Source: Eledone cirrhosa
Taxonomy: Eukaryota
Direction of reading: 5' to 3'
Length of the DNA: 64,000 bases
Assembly (NCBI GenBank): GCA_964016885.1
Contig: OZ024742.1
Coordinates: forward strand, 65,100,001 to 65,164,000
This document shows positions 50,811-64,000 of this stretch, piece by piece. Below the pieces are notes generated by a model. It was not told the DNA's origin. It saw only the letters and a list, made by a program, of their open reading frames with translations, and did no database searches. A program made the translations under genes and the position numbers. Position 1 is the stretch's first letter, and every line of letters starts with the position of its first letter.

Positions 50811-51105
50811 ACAACTCACACCTATACAGGTTTGATGGGCCTCCTGTCTGGTTGCATCTCATAGGAGGTAATGATAGAAGCCCCAACCCTATCATGCGGG
50901 TACAGCTCACACCTATGCAGGTTTATCTAGCCTCCTATGTTGTTGCATCTCATAGGTTTAGGGCCTCTATCATTAAAATGCCTGAGAAACCTATCATTTA
51001 GTTGATACAGCTCACACATATGCAGGTTTAGCTGGCCTTCTATGTAGTTGCATCACATATAAGGTTTTGTGAGTGTTTTAATGATAGAGGCCCCCAATCC
51101 TATTA
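50811..51105. repeat. Degenerate ~90-105-bp tandem repeat, 3 units
   Basis: acagctcacacctatgcaggttt...gttgcatctcatagg recurs at ~50811, 50902, 51007. Confidence 0.65.
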
Positions 51106-51139
51106 TGAAAAACAACATGAAAATGAAGCGTCATTTTTA

Positions 51140-51988
51140 AGAACACAAAAAGGTTTCTCTCTAAAAATGAAAGGCAGATTGTATGATGCCTGTATACGAA
51201 CAGCAATGCTACATGGCAGTGAGACATGGGTATTGTGTGCAGAGGACCTGCGCAGACTGGAAAGGAACAAAGTATGCATGCTCCGTTGGATGTGTAATAG
51301 TAATATACGCGAACGGCAAAACATAAATGAACTAAGTGAGAAATTAGGAATAAGAAGGATCAGTTGCTGTTTACTTGAGAGAAGACTACATTGGTATGGT
51401 CACGTGATGTGCATGAAAGACGACAGCTGTATAAAAAAGAGCAGGGCGATCAAAATTGATGGAAGTTACAGAGTAGGTAGACCCAGAAAAACCTGGGACA
51501 ATTTGATAAATTCCGATTTTACACACTTGCACCTCTCTAAGACAATGTCACTGGACCAAGATCTTTGGCGCCACGCAGTAATACAGAAGACCCGCCTTGC
51601 CTATGTACAAAGCGAAACCTAGTCAGTAGGCATCTCTTAACCAAATATACACCCCAATCCACTATCCCTACTCCATCCTCCCACTCCCACCGACACCATC
51701 CTTTCTCTGTAAAGTTGGTACCACAAGATCCAGTCCAAATTAATGACATCGAGATCGTGTAGGTGTCACAACAAAAAAAACACAGTTCACGCTGTAATGT
51801 GGCCATGTAGGTAACACGGTAAAAAGTTCCCAGTCCACACTGTAAATATGGTTGGTGTTAGGAAGGGCATCCAGCCGTAGAAAACCTGCCAGCTAGTCCT
51901 ATACGAGTAAGACACGGTTACCCGACCAACCTTGCCTCAAATTGGGACAACTCCCGTCTAACCCATGCTAGATGTTAAACGATGATGA
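51140..51988 (+). mobile_element. RTE-like LINE 3' fragment (ORF end 51167-51622) plus 3' region and (GAT)n tail
   Basis: KGRLYDACIRTAMLHGSETW...RRLHWYGHV...GRPRKTW..W; RTE-type C-terminus. Confidence 0.85.
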
Positions 51989-52162
51989 CAAAAGGCTGCT
52001 CAGACCAGGAATGAAACCCACAACATATTTATGACCATGAGATGAACACCCTAACCATATGGCCACATTCTTGAATATTGCTACAACTGTCCAATTGAAC
52101 ATCACACAGCATGTTCTGTCATACAGTGGTATATCATATTTGGTAGTGTGAATGTTATAATC

Positions 52163-52322
52163 CCTATACTTACTGTATGTGGTACAGTGTGAACTTGTAT
52201 AGCCTACACTTACTGTATGTGGTACAGTGTGAACATGTATAGCCTACACTTACTGTATGTGGTAGTGTAAACATGTACTCCCTACACTTACTGTATGTGG
52301 TACAGTGTGAACATGTACTCCT
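52163..52322. repeat. 40-bp minisatellite, 4 units
   Basis: cctacacttactgtatgtggtacagtgtgaacatgtatag; unit starts 52163, 52203, 52243, 52281. Confidence 0.85.
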
Positions 52323-52659
52323 TTTACTATGCAGGCTGCTCCAGTGGGTATCAGAGCTGAGGTGAGCAAGTTGGACTTGGATGAAGTACAACTGTTATTC
52401 ATAACTCCTCATCAACCTTGATCAAGCAGGGATATTCTACTGTAATTTCTACTTAAGTCTAACAATTACATAACATTCCTGATTTGACTTGTAATACAAA
52501 CACATATATGCACAAATATGACTGTGTGGATAATGGCAATTGCTTGACAACTGCATGATTCCGGGTTCACCCCAATTACATGGGACTTTGGGGAAGTGTC
52601 TTTTACCCTCATTGATCAATCAATGCCTTGTGAGTGGAATTTTGCAGATGGGCACTGCA

Positions 52660-53031
52660 GATTAACCATTTTGCCAACAACAACTCTGAGCACCTTTTTG
52701 AATTCCATGTGTCTAACACCCATGGACATGCCTACAAAGTCAGAAAACAGCACAGTTCCCATGACTTTCGGAAACATTCTTTCATGCTCAGAGTTGCTGA
52801 AGCATGGAACAAACTACCAGCATCAGTTGTTAGCTGTTGAGAGACTGCATCCTTCAAAACTTCCATGCGTCTCGAAATTCGCCAACATTACACCTGATAT
52901 TCCCCTCCATACACACGTACGCATATATCTATGTGTATATCATGACTCATACACTGTTCACTTTCCTGACATTTGTACTTTACTTTATGTACATGCACCT
53001 TTGATAAGTTGTAGTGCACCTGAGTTTCATT
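52660..53031 (+). mobile_element. CR1-like LINE 3' end
   Basis: THGHAYKVRKQHSSHDFRKHSFMLRVAEAWNKLPASVV plus the shared 3'UTR. Confidence 0.82.
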
Positions 53032-56000
53032 ATATATAGTATCAGACTTGAATAAATAAGTATTGGGGTCGATATGATCGGCTAAATAAAGGCAGTGCCT
53101 CAGTATGGACGAATTGTAATGACTGGTACCAGTAAAGAATAAAAGAAAATATTTCCATTAGTCATTTTTGTATATGTATGTATATAGATGTATGCACATA
53201 TCTGTCTATGTTTACTGTTTATGCCCTGTAATTTAGCAATTTGAGAAAAAGAGATAGATAATTAAGTACTGGGGATTGGTATAATTGACTAAATCTCTTT
53301 ATGGAGGTGCCCAAGCATAGTCACAGTCTAATGACTGAAGTCATTAAATAAAAGGATATATGACTATATGTGAGTGAAATTCTTAACCACACACACATTT
53401 CTGCACGAGCATACACATATATATATCATCATCATCATTGTTTTACATCTGCTTTCCCTGCTAGCAAGGGTTAAATGGGTTTACATGTGCTGAAGCGGGG
53501 CTACTGATCTACCAGACAGTATGAGGGGTCTGCATCTCACTTATGTATGGTCATATGTTCTTTCGAGTGCATAGGAGAAGCCTTTTGACACAAACTGAAG
53601 GGTCCTCACAACCCCTTGTTTGGCAAGCTTTCTATGGCTGGATGCATTTCCTAACACCAACCACTTTACAGCATGTACTGGATACTTTTATTGCTATATA
53701 AATATATATGAGAGAGTGTGGTGATGTGTGCATATAGTATTAAATTGTTTACTGGAACAACATAACTACCAATAACATCATCATAAGTAAACATTACATG
53801 ATAAAGTGTGCACACTGAATGAATGATTGCTTACAACACCATCTCTCTAGTGGTTACTTATTTCACAAAACCCATCTTTGACCCTTTAACACCGAGAGAG
53901 CCTATATACAGTCACTTGCCCTGCTAGAAATAGCAGCCAAATTTCCTGCTAATCACACTTCACTGGAAGACACATTATCTAATGTAGTCTATCAAAAGGA
54001 AGTATGATCAAAGTTGGGATGACTTTGATGATAGATCAGTTGAATCAAAGTTGACCGGGGCCAAACAACAGTAACAAGCCACCCCTAGCTTAGCTGTATT
54101 ACAGCATGAAGACCATGAAATCATCATGTAAATGACCACACAATGAAATCTTCTCCTCCCAATCACTTGGCCTAGTTTTCCTGTGTTTTAATTTAGATTA
54201 AATATCTAATTAAACAGAAAAAGTAACACAGTAACATTTGGGAGGTGTAGTGTTGGTATGGTAGTAGTAGTGGTTGTAGTGTTGGAAGTGGTGTGGTGGT
54301 GATAGTAGTAGTTGTAGTAGTATAGTTATGCTCTGGTGTGGTGCTGATTTTGGTGGTGTAGTTGTGTTGGTAGTGATGGTGTGGTTGGGTGGAATAATGA
54401 TGGTAATGTTGTTTAACCTTGACTGAGCAGAACTTATGCTTTAAGGTATTCCAACCGTGACCATCCTTTCATATCCAGATATACATTCGCCAAGGTATCT
54501 TTCCTTTCAAGAAAATTGGCAGCTATTTCTAGCAGATTAAGAAACAGGCTTAGAGGCCTCATTTACTGGTACTGTTAGCAAAGTGGATGGTATAGGTGGT
54601 TGTGGTGTAATTTTACCAAGAAAAGAGGCAAGCAGTTAGGAAAGTAACCATTACTGATACCCCCTTCCTTACCAACTCACAATAGTCTACCCACTCACCC
54701 ACCCACACTCCATACAACTCTCCTACTTTACCACCACCTCATGAAAGGAATTCAAGGTTACCCATGCTATGAGAAAATACAGTAGAGAGAGACAGACAGA
54801 AAGGTCAACTAGGGATGAGGAGGTAGAGGAGGTCTTAAGAATGAAGGGAAGGAGGGGGGGGGGGTTGAAGGAAGTGACTGGAAGCAGAAAGTGAAGGATG
54901 CTGGGAAGGTGCAGGTAATTAATCCAAAAGCTAATTAGGTTGTAACAAATAGAATGGAGTGATTTATACTAGCTACTCCTAGCATTACCACCAAAACTGT
55001 GAAGTTATCTGAATGTATGTCTGCTGACATACCTATATATTGATGTGTGTATGTATACACATATTTATACATTCAAATGTGTATAACCACATTTGACTAC
55101 TAATGGGTGTGTATCTCTCTAGACATGTAGACACACATATACTCACAGATAAAGACACTTTTATATAAATATATGCACACATACATATATATACGCAAAC
55201 ATAAATGTGTGTATTTGTTGTAAACTAAGCAGATTATTTACTGTTAATAAAGAACAACAACAGTGTTCCAGAAACATCAGGAGAGCTTCTACATGGTCCC
55301 TTGACCTGCTAAAAATAACAACCACATATCCACCGAATCACAGTTTAGAAAAAAAAGTTGGGTAATGCAGTCCTAAATAGCCTATCTATGTAAAAGATAA
55401 GAGGTTCACATGAGGAAAAGTTGGCCTTATCAGAGATGACCTAGGGCTAAACAACTACAACAACCAAAGTGGCTAAAGATGAATGCATGTAATAAAGATA
55501 AAAAAAACTATTAACATGATGATGATTATGATGGTAATGATAATGATTGTGGTGGCAATGATGATGGTGATGATGTGTATTACCAAGGGAATTGGCAGTA
55601 TTGCCAAGAACATCTATTTCTGTGTCTTTTGTGTTATTGTTAGCTCATGTACTGAACTGGCTGGTGGAGTAGGGTGCGGTGGTAGCTTTGTGGAGTGGAG
55701 TGTGTAGTGTAGAAGAGGTGTGTAGCTTCGAGGAGTACAGCATCATGGTGGCGGCAGTGTGGTGGCGGCGGTAGTGTAGTGTTTTGGGTGTATTGGTCGT
55801 TCTATGTACAATAGCAGTTGTGAGAATAAGCATCGTTGTTGTTTAGCCTTATGATCAAAGGTATTCCACCCAGGACCATCTTGTATTGTTAGAATTATCA
55901 TGAATTACATTGACTATTGTGTCTACATTTTTAAGACAGTAGGGTACAATTTGATATAGCTGTTATTTCTAGCAGACTGGGCCACCACATTAGAGGCTCT

Positions 56001-56359
56001 CTCATTGGCTCAGGGCTATTGGGTGGTAGTGGCAGCAGTGCTGATTGTATTTAGGGTGGTTATAGTAACTAACATTGTGGCAATACATAATTGTAGAAGT
56101 AGTAGTGGTGGTGGTGGTAGCAACAGTGTATTGTACATGAAAGAAGTACTGATGATGGTGGTAATAACAGTATGTGTGTGGCATGTATCAAGAGGAAGGT
56201 GGTACATGATGGTGATGCTCCCCCCCCCCCCCGCACCAGTGTTGGTAGGTGGTTAGATGGTGGTGATAAAGTAAAGACTATTCAGGGTTACCAGGCACAG
56301 TAGGGATGGTACTGGCAATAGAACACACACACACAAGCATATATATATGCTGAGTTTAA

Positions 56360-56461
<102 letters not shown>

Positions 56462-57828
56462 TTAAACTCAGTCTGATGATGCTGATGTTCTATTTTGCAG
56501 CCTCAGGTATGCCAAAACTACTACTGAACAAATCCCACTGAGACTAGTTAGTGTGTGTCTCTGGCCTACATTAACAACTAGTAAGTTTACTGCTTGCAAG
56601 GTTAATGTATTTTATCAGTGCAACACCCCTGAAGGGATGGCAGAAGTGGGAATTGGGGTGGCTAATTAGAGCCATCACATTCATATTTCTCTGGCAACAA
56701 TAAATAGATAAGTGAGAAATTTCTGGTATCCTCATGGCTAGGTAGCTAGTCTATTATCATATTCAACACTCCCAAAAAAAAATCAAGGATATATTCCCAA
56801 CTGTAACCACATGTAATGAGGTATTTAAAAATCCATGGCAGGCAGGTTATGTGCAGTGGCCCAGCATAACAATATAGGTGGCAAATTGGCAGAGTGGTTA
56901 GAGTGTAGAACAGAATTGCCTTGCATGCATTTTTCTGTCTCTCTACACTCTGAGTTCAAATCCTGCAAAGGTCAGCTTAGCCTTTCATCCTTTTAGAGTT
57001 GATAAACAAAGTAACCAGTCAAGTACTGGAGTTGATTCTTCTTCCTCTCTCTCTCTTTGAAATAAATCAGCTGTGGTCAGATCTAAAGAGGTATGGACCC
57101 AGCCAGGTTTAAATGTCCAAACATGTAGGTCATAACACCACTCCTGACTCAAAGCAATGTATCATCATCATTGTTTAATATTTATTTTCCATGCTTGCAT
57201 GGGTTAGGCAATGTTATGTTCTGAGGTTAAACCAGTCAGGAGAACATGTCTTGCTCATACATTTTATTTTTGGCATACTTTCTAGGGCTAGATGACCTTC
57301 CTAACACCAATCACTTTACAGCAGCACAGCTACATTTTCTTTGTGTTCACATATACACACACTTCATGATTTAGTCTAAAATATGGGAAGAGAGAGAGAC
57401 CCAGTGGGTTGCTAGCTATAGTTCTGAGAACTGGGGATTATGTGTAGAGTTTAACAATTAATATCTTCTAATAATTTTGCAGGAAATTATTCCAAAATGT
57501 GTGTTAATTCAAATATTTATAGTATCTTTACAAGTAGACAGATCATTGTGAAAATTTGCAGTAAACTAAAGTGAAAACTTGAACTGTTTCATATGATGCA
57601 GTTGTAGTGCTGTTTTGTACTTTTCAAGAACGTCTTTGCTAATGTGGTTTCATGTAGTACAGGATGTTACGAATTAAAGCATCTGGATGTTGAAGAGTGG
57701 TTTCAGAGGATGAACAAGGAGTGACACATGTTAACAAGAAAGAGAGAAAGAAAAAGGAAGAGGCAGGAGCTTATGAAATATAAGGAAGAGGGACATAACA
57801 GTTTGAAAGACAAAATGAAAGTACTTAC

Positions 57829-58029
57829 AAAACCTAACACACATTTATCCTCTCTCATCGTACCACAGCAGCCACAAAACGCCAGTAGCGCTATTGTGCC
57901 ACCAGCACCTATTAAGAGGTATGTTGCTACTTCGAACCATTCTTCACCAACCACTACAGATACTTCTCGTGCACTGTATTCCGTAACCAAGTACCAAATT
58001 CCAACTGCCAAGGCACCACAGCCTAATAT
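57829..58029 (-). CDS. Tetraspanin exon (end of TM1, small loop, TM2)
   Basis: ttttccag|ATA...TTT|gtaagt; 201 nt; ILGCGALAVGIW...YLLIGAGGTIALLAFCGCCGTMREDKCVLGF (GCCG..E..C signature). Upstream first coding exon not found in window. Confidence 0.93.
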
Positions 58030-58119
58030 CTGGAAAAACAAAAAGAGAGAAAAATGAGTATATATTATATGACATGTATAGTATATATTATATAAAAATA
58101 TGTTTATTGCCACAAGGGC

Positions 58120-59562
58120 AAAGGTGATGCCCTAAAGAGGAGCAACTATAGAAGAATAAAACTAATGGACCAAGTTATGATAGAAAAAGAGTAAAATTAG
58201 ATGAGATGCAGTTTGGTTTCATACCTGGTAAAAGGACTACAGACACCCTCTTTTTAGTAAGGCTAGGACAAGAGTAGTTCTTAGCCAAAAATTAGCCACT
58301 ATACCTAGCTTTCATTGATCTAGGAAAAGCATTTGCCAGAGTACCCCAATCTATTATCTCGTGGTCCTTAAGGAAATTAGGTGTAGAATGGTTGGTGAGA
58401 GCAGTGCAAGTCATGTACAGAGGAGTTGTCAGCACGGTGACGGTAGGAAATGAGTTTAGATAGGAATTCAATGTACAAGTAGGAGTTCAACAAAATTTGG
58501 TTTTTAGCCCACTACTATTCATTATAGTCCTCCAGGCTATAACAGAGGAGTTTAGGACCAGTTGCCCAGGGGGAACTTTGCCATTTAGATGAACTGGTCC
58601 TTATAGGCGAAGCCATTAAAGATCTAGAAAATAAGTTCCGACTAGGGAAACAGGACTTAGAATCAAAAGGGTTGAGAGTAAACTTAGCCAAAACTAAAGT
58701 GTTAGTGTGTAAGAGAGAAGATAGGATCTTGATCCTTCAGAAAAGTGGCCCTGCTCAATATGTAGAAAGGGAGTAGGCATAAACTCCATACAATGTATAC
58801 AATGTAAATCTTGGGTAGACAAGAGATATAGTGGGATAACAAGTAGACTAACAGGAAGGGAAAACTTTGTTTGTACAAGATGCACAGTGTAACCAAGAGG
58901 AAGATAGCCAGTGATGTTAGCCTATTCCAGTCACAGGAAGGATCCATAGAAGCAGTTGATAGCTTCTGTTATCTAGGCTATGTAATTAGCAATGGAGGTG
59001 GGTGCTCTGCGAGCATAATAACTAGAATAAGGATAGGATGGAAAAAGTTCAGAGAGCTACCTCCACTGTTGACCACAAAAGGTTTCTCCCTACGTACAAA
59101 AGGACAACTGTATGATGCCTGAGTGTGAAGTATAATGCTTGCATGGTAGTGAAACATGGACTGTGACTGCAGAGGACATGCATAGACTGGAGAGAAATAA
59201 AGCAACCATGCTCTGTTGGATGTGCAATGTAAGTGTGAGAGAACGGCAGAGTTTGGACGAGTTGAAGGAGACGCTGGGTTTAAGAGAAATTTGAGGTGGT
59301 GTGCAGGAGAGAAAACTACATTGGTTTGGACATGTGGTGCACATGGACAATGAACGTTGGGTGAAGAAGTGTCAGGAAGCTGCATTAGAGGTAGACCAAG
59401 AAAGACCTGGGTAGAAGTTATAAGAGCTGACCTCAAATCACTGAGACTCACAGAGGCGATGACAAAGGATCGTGACATGTGGAGAGATGTTGTACTGAGA
59501 AGAACCTATCCAACCCATGCAAGCGTGGAAAAGTGGATGTAAAAGTGATGATGATGATGATG
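58120..59562 (+). mobile_element. RTE-like LINE, decayed RT-to-3' end, (GAT)n tail
   Basis: QFGF, YLAFIDL.KAF, FSPLLF, VNL.KTKV, Cys-rich insert, VDSFCYLG, LHGSETW, GRPRKTW; ends acccatgcaagcgtggaaaagtggatgtaaaa(gat)n. Confidence 0.88.
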
Positions 59563-60438
59563 TATAGAGTCACAAAGGCTGTAAATTGATTATATGTTTA
59601 ACATAAGCGGACATCTGGATGTTGTAGAGAAATAATTGAAAGAATATACTCAAAATATGTATAGGTGTGTGTGTGTGCACAAGGATTGCTAGCAGGACGT
59701 TAATTGAAGATAATTCATTGGACTGTGGCTATACTGGGGCACCACTTCCAAGAGTTTCAGTAGATTATATCAAGCCCAGTACTTATTCTAGTCCACCTTT
59801 TCTTATACTCCAAAAGAAGGTTGCTGGAGAACAGAAACAGCTGCTGGCTGGCTATTTCATGGCTTGTTTGTGTTTCACACTTCCACCAAAAGACCTAGAT
59901 ATGCTACTCAGTGTGACATCTTATTTTGTGTCTATGGGAGGTAGTTTCATTCAGAAAATTCTCAGGAAAGTTTTTTTTATTTTATATTTCATCTTTTTAA
60001 ATAGCTTAAACTAGAAAATGTGTCTTCAAGCATTAAAAGAAAAAAGAAAATATACATGAGTAATTAATCCATCTTTTCTCAAAAAAAAAAAGGAAAAAAC
60101 TTTGAGTAACAAACTCACAGACTTAACTTTGAATAAATATGAGGGTGTCAATAATTGTCCAAAGAAGACCTAAGTGGGAATTGTAACAACTGAAGTTAAA
60201 TGGCTGAAGATCACAGAGATGATGAAGAAGTGTAATGAGTAGAAGAATGGTGTGCTGGAAAAGACCCATCCAACTCATGCAAGCATGGGAAAGCAAATAT
60301 AAAATGAGGATGATGATGATGAAAGGGGTTAAGTTGTCATGGAGGCTCCAAGAACAGTGTTCAATGATCTTTATCATGTGAGTTGAAAGTGTGTGTATCA
60401 GGGGCTAAAATCCATTCTAGGCTTTCAGCACATTACAA

Positions 60439-61239
60439 TCTAAACTATAATAAAGTAAGGAGTGCGGGATTGTGTACAGTTTATTTCTTTTAATCCAGTT
60501 AGTAAAATAAGTTGGATTACTTTCAATAAATAATGAATGAATATTACGTAATTTATTTACTAAATTTCGTAGCTGTTGATTAAATATATTTTATTGTTTA
60601 TTTAAAGATTCACTTCTTTAAAATTTTCAAATGTCAACACTTCCGGTTAGCGATTGCTTAAATAAACATTCATATATTTCCGTTACTGATTATCTCCTAA
60701 TGCAGTTTATATATAATATCGTCTTTTTTTTATGTATCATGGATTACGTTACTGATTACATAAGAGAGTGTAATGCAGTCTTCGTTCAATTTCTGTGTAT
60801 ATTGTCAATTAGGATTTTATTTGATGTATATCTACATGCATATATATTTTTATCTTATTAAATAACGTTACAAATGGGAGTGAAGATATGAACACATATG
60901 ATATGTACAAACCATATAAATAAATTTACAGTAGAATAACATAACAAATATGTTTTAAATATATACATGAATAACATTACAAATGCTTAGATAACATAAA
61001 TTGTTCACGATTCTGTCAGAAGGATATATTCCTTTAATGTTGCAATATTAAAGAAAATGAACAACCGAGCCACCACCAGAGCAAAAGACAGCAGCGAGGA
61101 GTACTGGGCAACCTCTCTAATAATTTTTGAGGCAAACCAGCACACTCGCAGTGTTACCTTGGGTGATGGCGAGGTTAATATCAATATGTACACTACACAT
61201 GCTAGCAGAAAACCACCCGAAGGGTGGTTTTTCTGCTAG
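60439..61239 (+). mobile_element. Non-autonomous Helitron
   Basis: A|TCTAAACTATAATAAAG 5' end; 3' hairpin ccacccgaagggtgg then CTAG|T; A/T target with no TSD; second copy at 40727-41599. Confidence 0.8.
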
Positions 61240-62029
61240 TAAATGTAATGAGAGACTGGAGGCTCCAGTGTCAGGCAACTGAACAGCGACAATATAGAGT
61301 CTTGAGAGACTTCAGACTGGATGAACATGTAACAAGTTTCCTAGTGCTGGCGCCATGATAAAATATACCCAGTCCACATTATAAAGTGGTAATTCTGGTG
61401 CCACAATAAACTGCACCTAGTCCATTCTGTAAAGTGCATAAAACATACCTATCTACCCTGTAAAGAAGTAGTATTGGCGCCACAAAGAAATGAACCCAGC
61501 CCACCTTGTAAAATGGCAGTTCTTGTGCCACAATATAATGCACCCAATCCACTTTGTAAAGTGGTAGTGCCTGTGCTATTAAAAAACGCAGCCAGTACAC
61601 TGTAAGGTGGTTGATGTTAGGAAGGGCATCCAGCTGTAGAAACCAAGCCAGAATCAGTTCTGTATGAGCAAGACATGGTCACCTGACCTAGCATTGCCCA
61701 CAACTCGTCTAATCCATGCTAGCGTGGAAGAATGGACATAAAACAGTGATGATGATAATGATCTAGCTGTAGAAACCATGCCAAATATAGAACCTATGAA
61801 AAAGATTTGGTCACTTGACCTTTCTAGGTACAGACTTTGACAACCCATTGAACTCATGCTAGTGTGGAACGTAGGCATTCCACACTAGCATGATTTTTTA
61901 AAATTACAGCATGTTTCTGAATGCATTAAAAAATGGGTTTTTTTAAAAATGGTCAGTCAGTTGATGCATGAAAAAATAGCTGGACAGTAGAAAATCTCTT
62001 ATGCTGGTGGCAGCATTGAACAACAGAGT

Positions 62030-62200
62030 TTTGTTGGACAGATGAGTAACAATCGATGGATTGGCAAAAATATGCAAATTAGTCATGGTTCAGCCCATGA
62101 AACTATCCAAATCAAATGAGTGACAATTGATGGAGTGGCAAATAATATGCTAATTAGTCACGGTTCTGCTTATGAAATTATCCAGAACAGATTTGGCCAT
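62030..62200 (+). mobile_element. Mariner transposase HTH remnant, tandemly duplicated
   Basis: VTIDG..KNMQISHGSAHETI and VTIDGVANNMLISHGSAYEIIQNRFG resemble the mariner DRRVT..E.A..L.ISHGS...II...LG region. Confidence 0.6.
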
Positions 62201-62526
62201 GGTTAAAGCAATAACAATAACAGACACTTCAAGTTCAAACTTGCTTAGTAGCAATGTGAGGGAGGTTATGTCTAGCAAACCATGTAGAGTTAATTCTTCC
62301 TGGTAATAGGGGACCAAAAGAAATTACAAGTGCATTGCAGACAATTAATGACTCACACTTGAATGTGTGTGTGTGCGTGCATGCGTGTGTGTGTAATTGA
62401 AAAAAGAGAAGAGGAAAGTTAGAGAAAGAGAAAAAGGAGGATGGAAAGTAAATGTAGGTAGGTATATAGTTCACATGTTTCAGTATGGTATCTCTCTCTC
62501 TACATATATATGCAGCTAATGTATGT

Positions 62527-62562
<36 letters not shown>

Positions 62563-62882
62563 CCACACACACACATACATTAGCTGCATATATATATATA
62601 TATATATATATATCCAGGCCGAAACAAATGAGATCGTGTAGGTGTCACGACAAAAAAAACACACAGTCCACGCTGTAATGTGGCCGTGTAGGCAACACGG
62701 TAAAAACCTCCCAGACCCACACTGTAAATGTGGTTGGTGTTAGGAAGGGCATCCAACTGTAGAAAACCTGCCAGACAGTCCTATGCGAGCAAGACAATCA
62801 CTCTTGCCTCAAGTGGGACTACCCCCGTCCAAACCCATGCAAGCGTGGAACACGGACGTTAAACGTTGATGAGGATGATGAT

Positions 62883-62930
<48 letters not shown>

Positions 62931-63530
62931 AATATATCATCATCAGCAGCAGCATCGTTTTTTACAGATGCTTTTTCCATGCTTGCATGGGTTGGACATA
63001 TATATACACACACTCACACACACACACACACAAATGAATAAATGCTTTAATTAAATATATTAAGATGTGCTTTGTGAGGTGTGTGTAGGTGTGTATACAA
63101 GAGTCTGCATATGTGTATGTGTGTGTGTATGCATCTGAATGTGGTTGCGATGGGTTGGGTCTGTCTGTGTGCACGAATAAATACAATACATTGGCCAACA
63201 GTCATTTCTTCAATACCATCACCACTGCCACCACCACCACCACCACTGCTGCCACCACCCTCACCAACACTGCCACAAACAACGTTTTAGTGTGTCAAGT
63301 TTTTCAAGTTAAAGATACAATATGCTGTATAAATAAAGCAAGGAGGGGGAAAGAGACAGGGACATCTTGGGAAGAAAGAAAAATCTGAAATCACATGGTG
63401 TCACATAGTGGTAAAAGAGAGAAAGATAGCAAGGAGGAAAGAGTAGAAACGACGGGAGGGTGGGGGAAGTAATCTAAGAATGTAGGATTTGTGTGTATGT
63501 ATAGAAAACGAGAGACAAAGGAAGGATATA

Positions 63531-63570
<40 letters not shown>

Positions 63571-63737
63571 AAGAAAGGATATATATGTATAGAGAGAGAA
63601 AAAAAGAAAGGATATATATGTATAGAAAGAGAGAAAGAAAGGATATATATATGAGTACATATTCTTCTATGAAATATGTATCTAGTATATTTACAATATA
63701 CTGTGTTTTCTCTACATACATATATCTTTTTCATTTG

Positions 63738-63789
<52 letters not shown>

Positions 63790-64000
63790 AACAAACATAT
63801 ATATATATATATTGGGAGATAGAGAGAGAGAGTTAGTATTATGTTTTTCGGTGATTTGTTTGGCATCAAAGTTGAAAGGAACCCAAAAGTTTAACATGCT
63901 CTGTCTTATCACCCTACCAGCACAACCATTCTCCTTATTCCCAACACTCTTTACCACCCACCCACCATAACTGATACCAACATTATTCTGATGGAAGACC

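Noticed and set aside
61005-61193. Candidate first coding exon of the tetraspanin (LFIFFN)
   Set aside because: Lies inside the Helitron and lacks a convincing K-Y..F-N..F-W pattern and a phase-0 donor.
63739-63957. Candidate tetraspanin N-terminal ORF
   Set aside because: No hydrophobic TM1 or donor site; runs into microsatellite.

Overview
AT-rich, microsatellite- and TE-dense animal genomic DNA. The SINE/RTE/microsatellite style suggests an octopus-like cephalopod (inference only). Two host genes lie tail-to-tail: the last two coding exons of glycine decarboxylase (GLDC, + strand, 1916-1996 and 16446-16613), and seven coding exons of a 6-Cys tetraspanin (- strand, 58029 down to 31586; first coding exon not found). 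The main feature is the last GLDC intron, where ~13 kb of retroelements are stacked inside what looks like one (ATT)n tract: CR1 3' tail-(ATT)n-full-length Tx1-like LINE A(+)-(ATT)n-5'-truncated R4/Dong-like RLE element(-)-(ATT)n-full-length Tx1-like LINE B(+)-(ATT)n-splice acceptor. The two Tx1 copies have near-identical ORF2 and 3'UTR but strongly diverged ORF1 and 5'UTR, suggesting a module swap. The rest holds RTE and CR1 fragments, two tRNA-derived SINE families (including a head-to-head inverted pair), a non-autonomous Helitron, piggyBac-like and hAT-like MITEs, Tc1/mariner remnants, a 2.3-kb (TA/CA) array, minisatellites and several fold-back palindromes.
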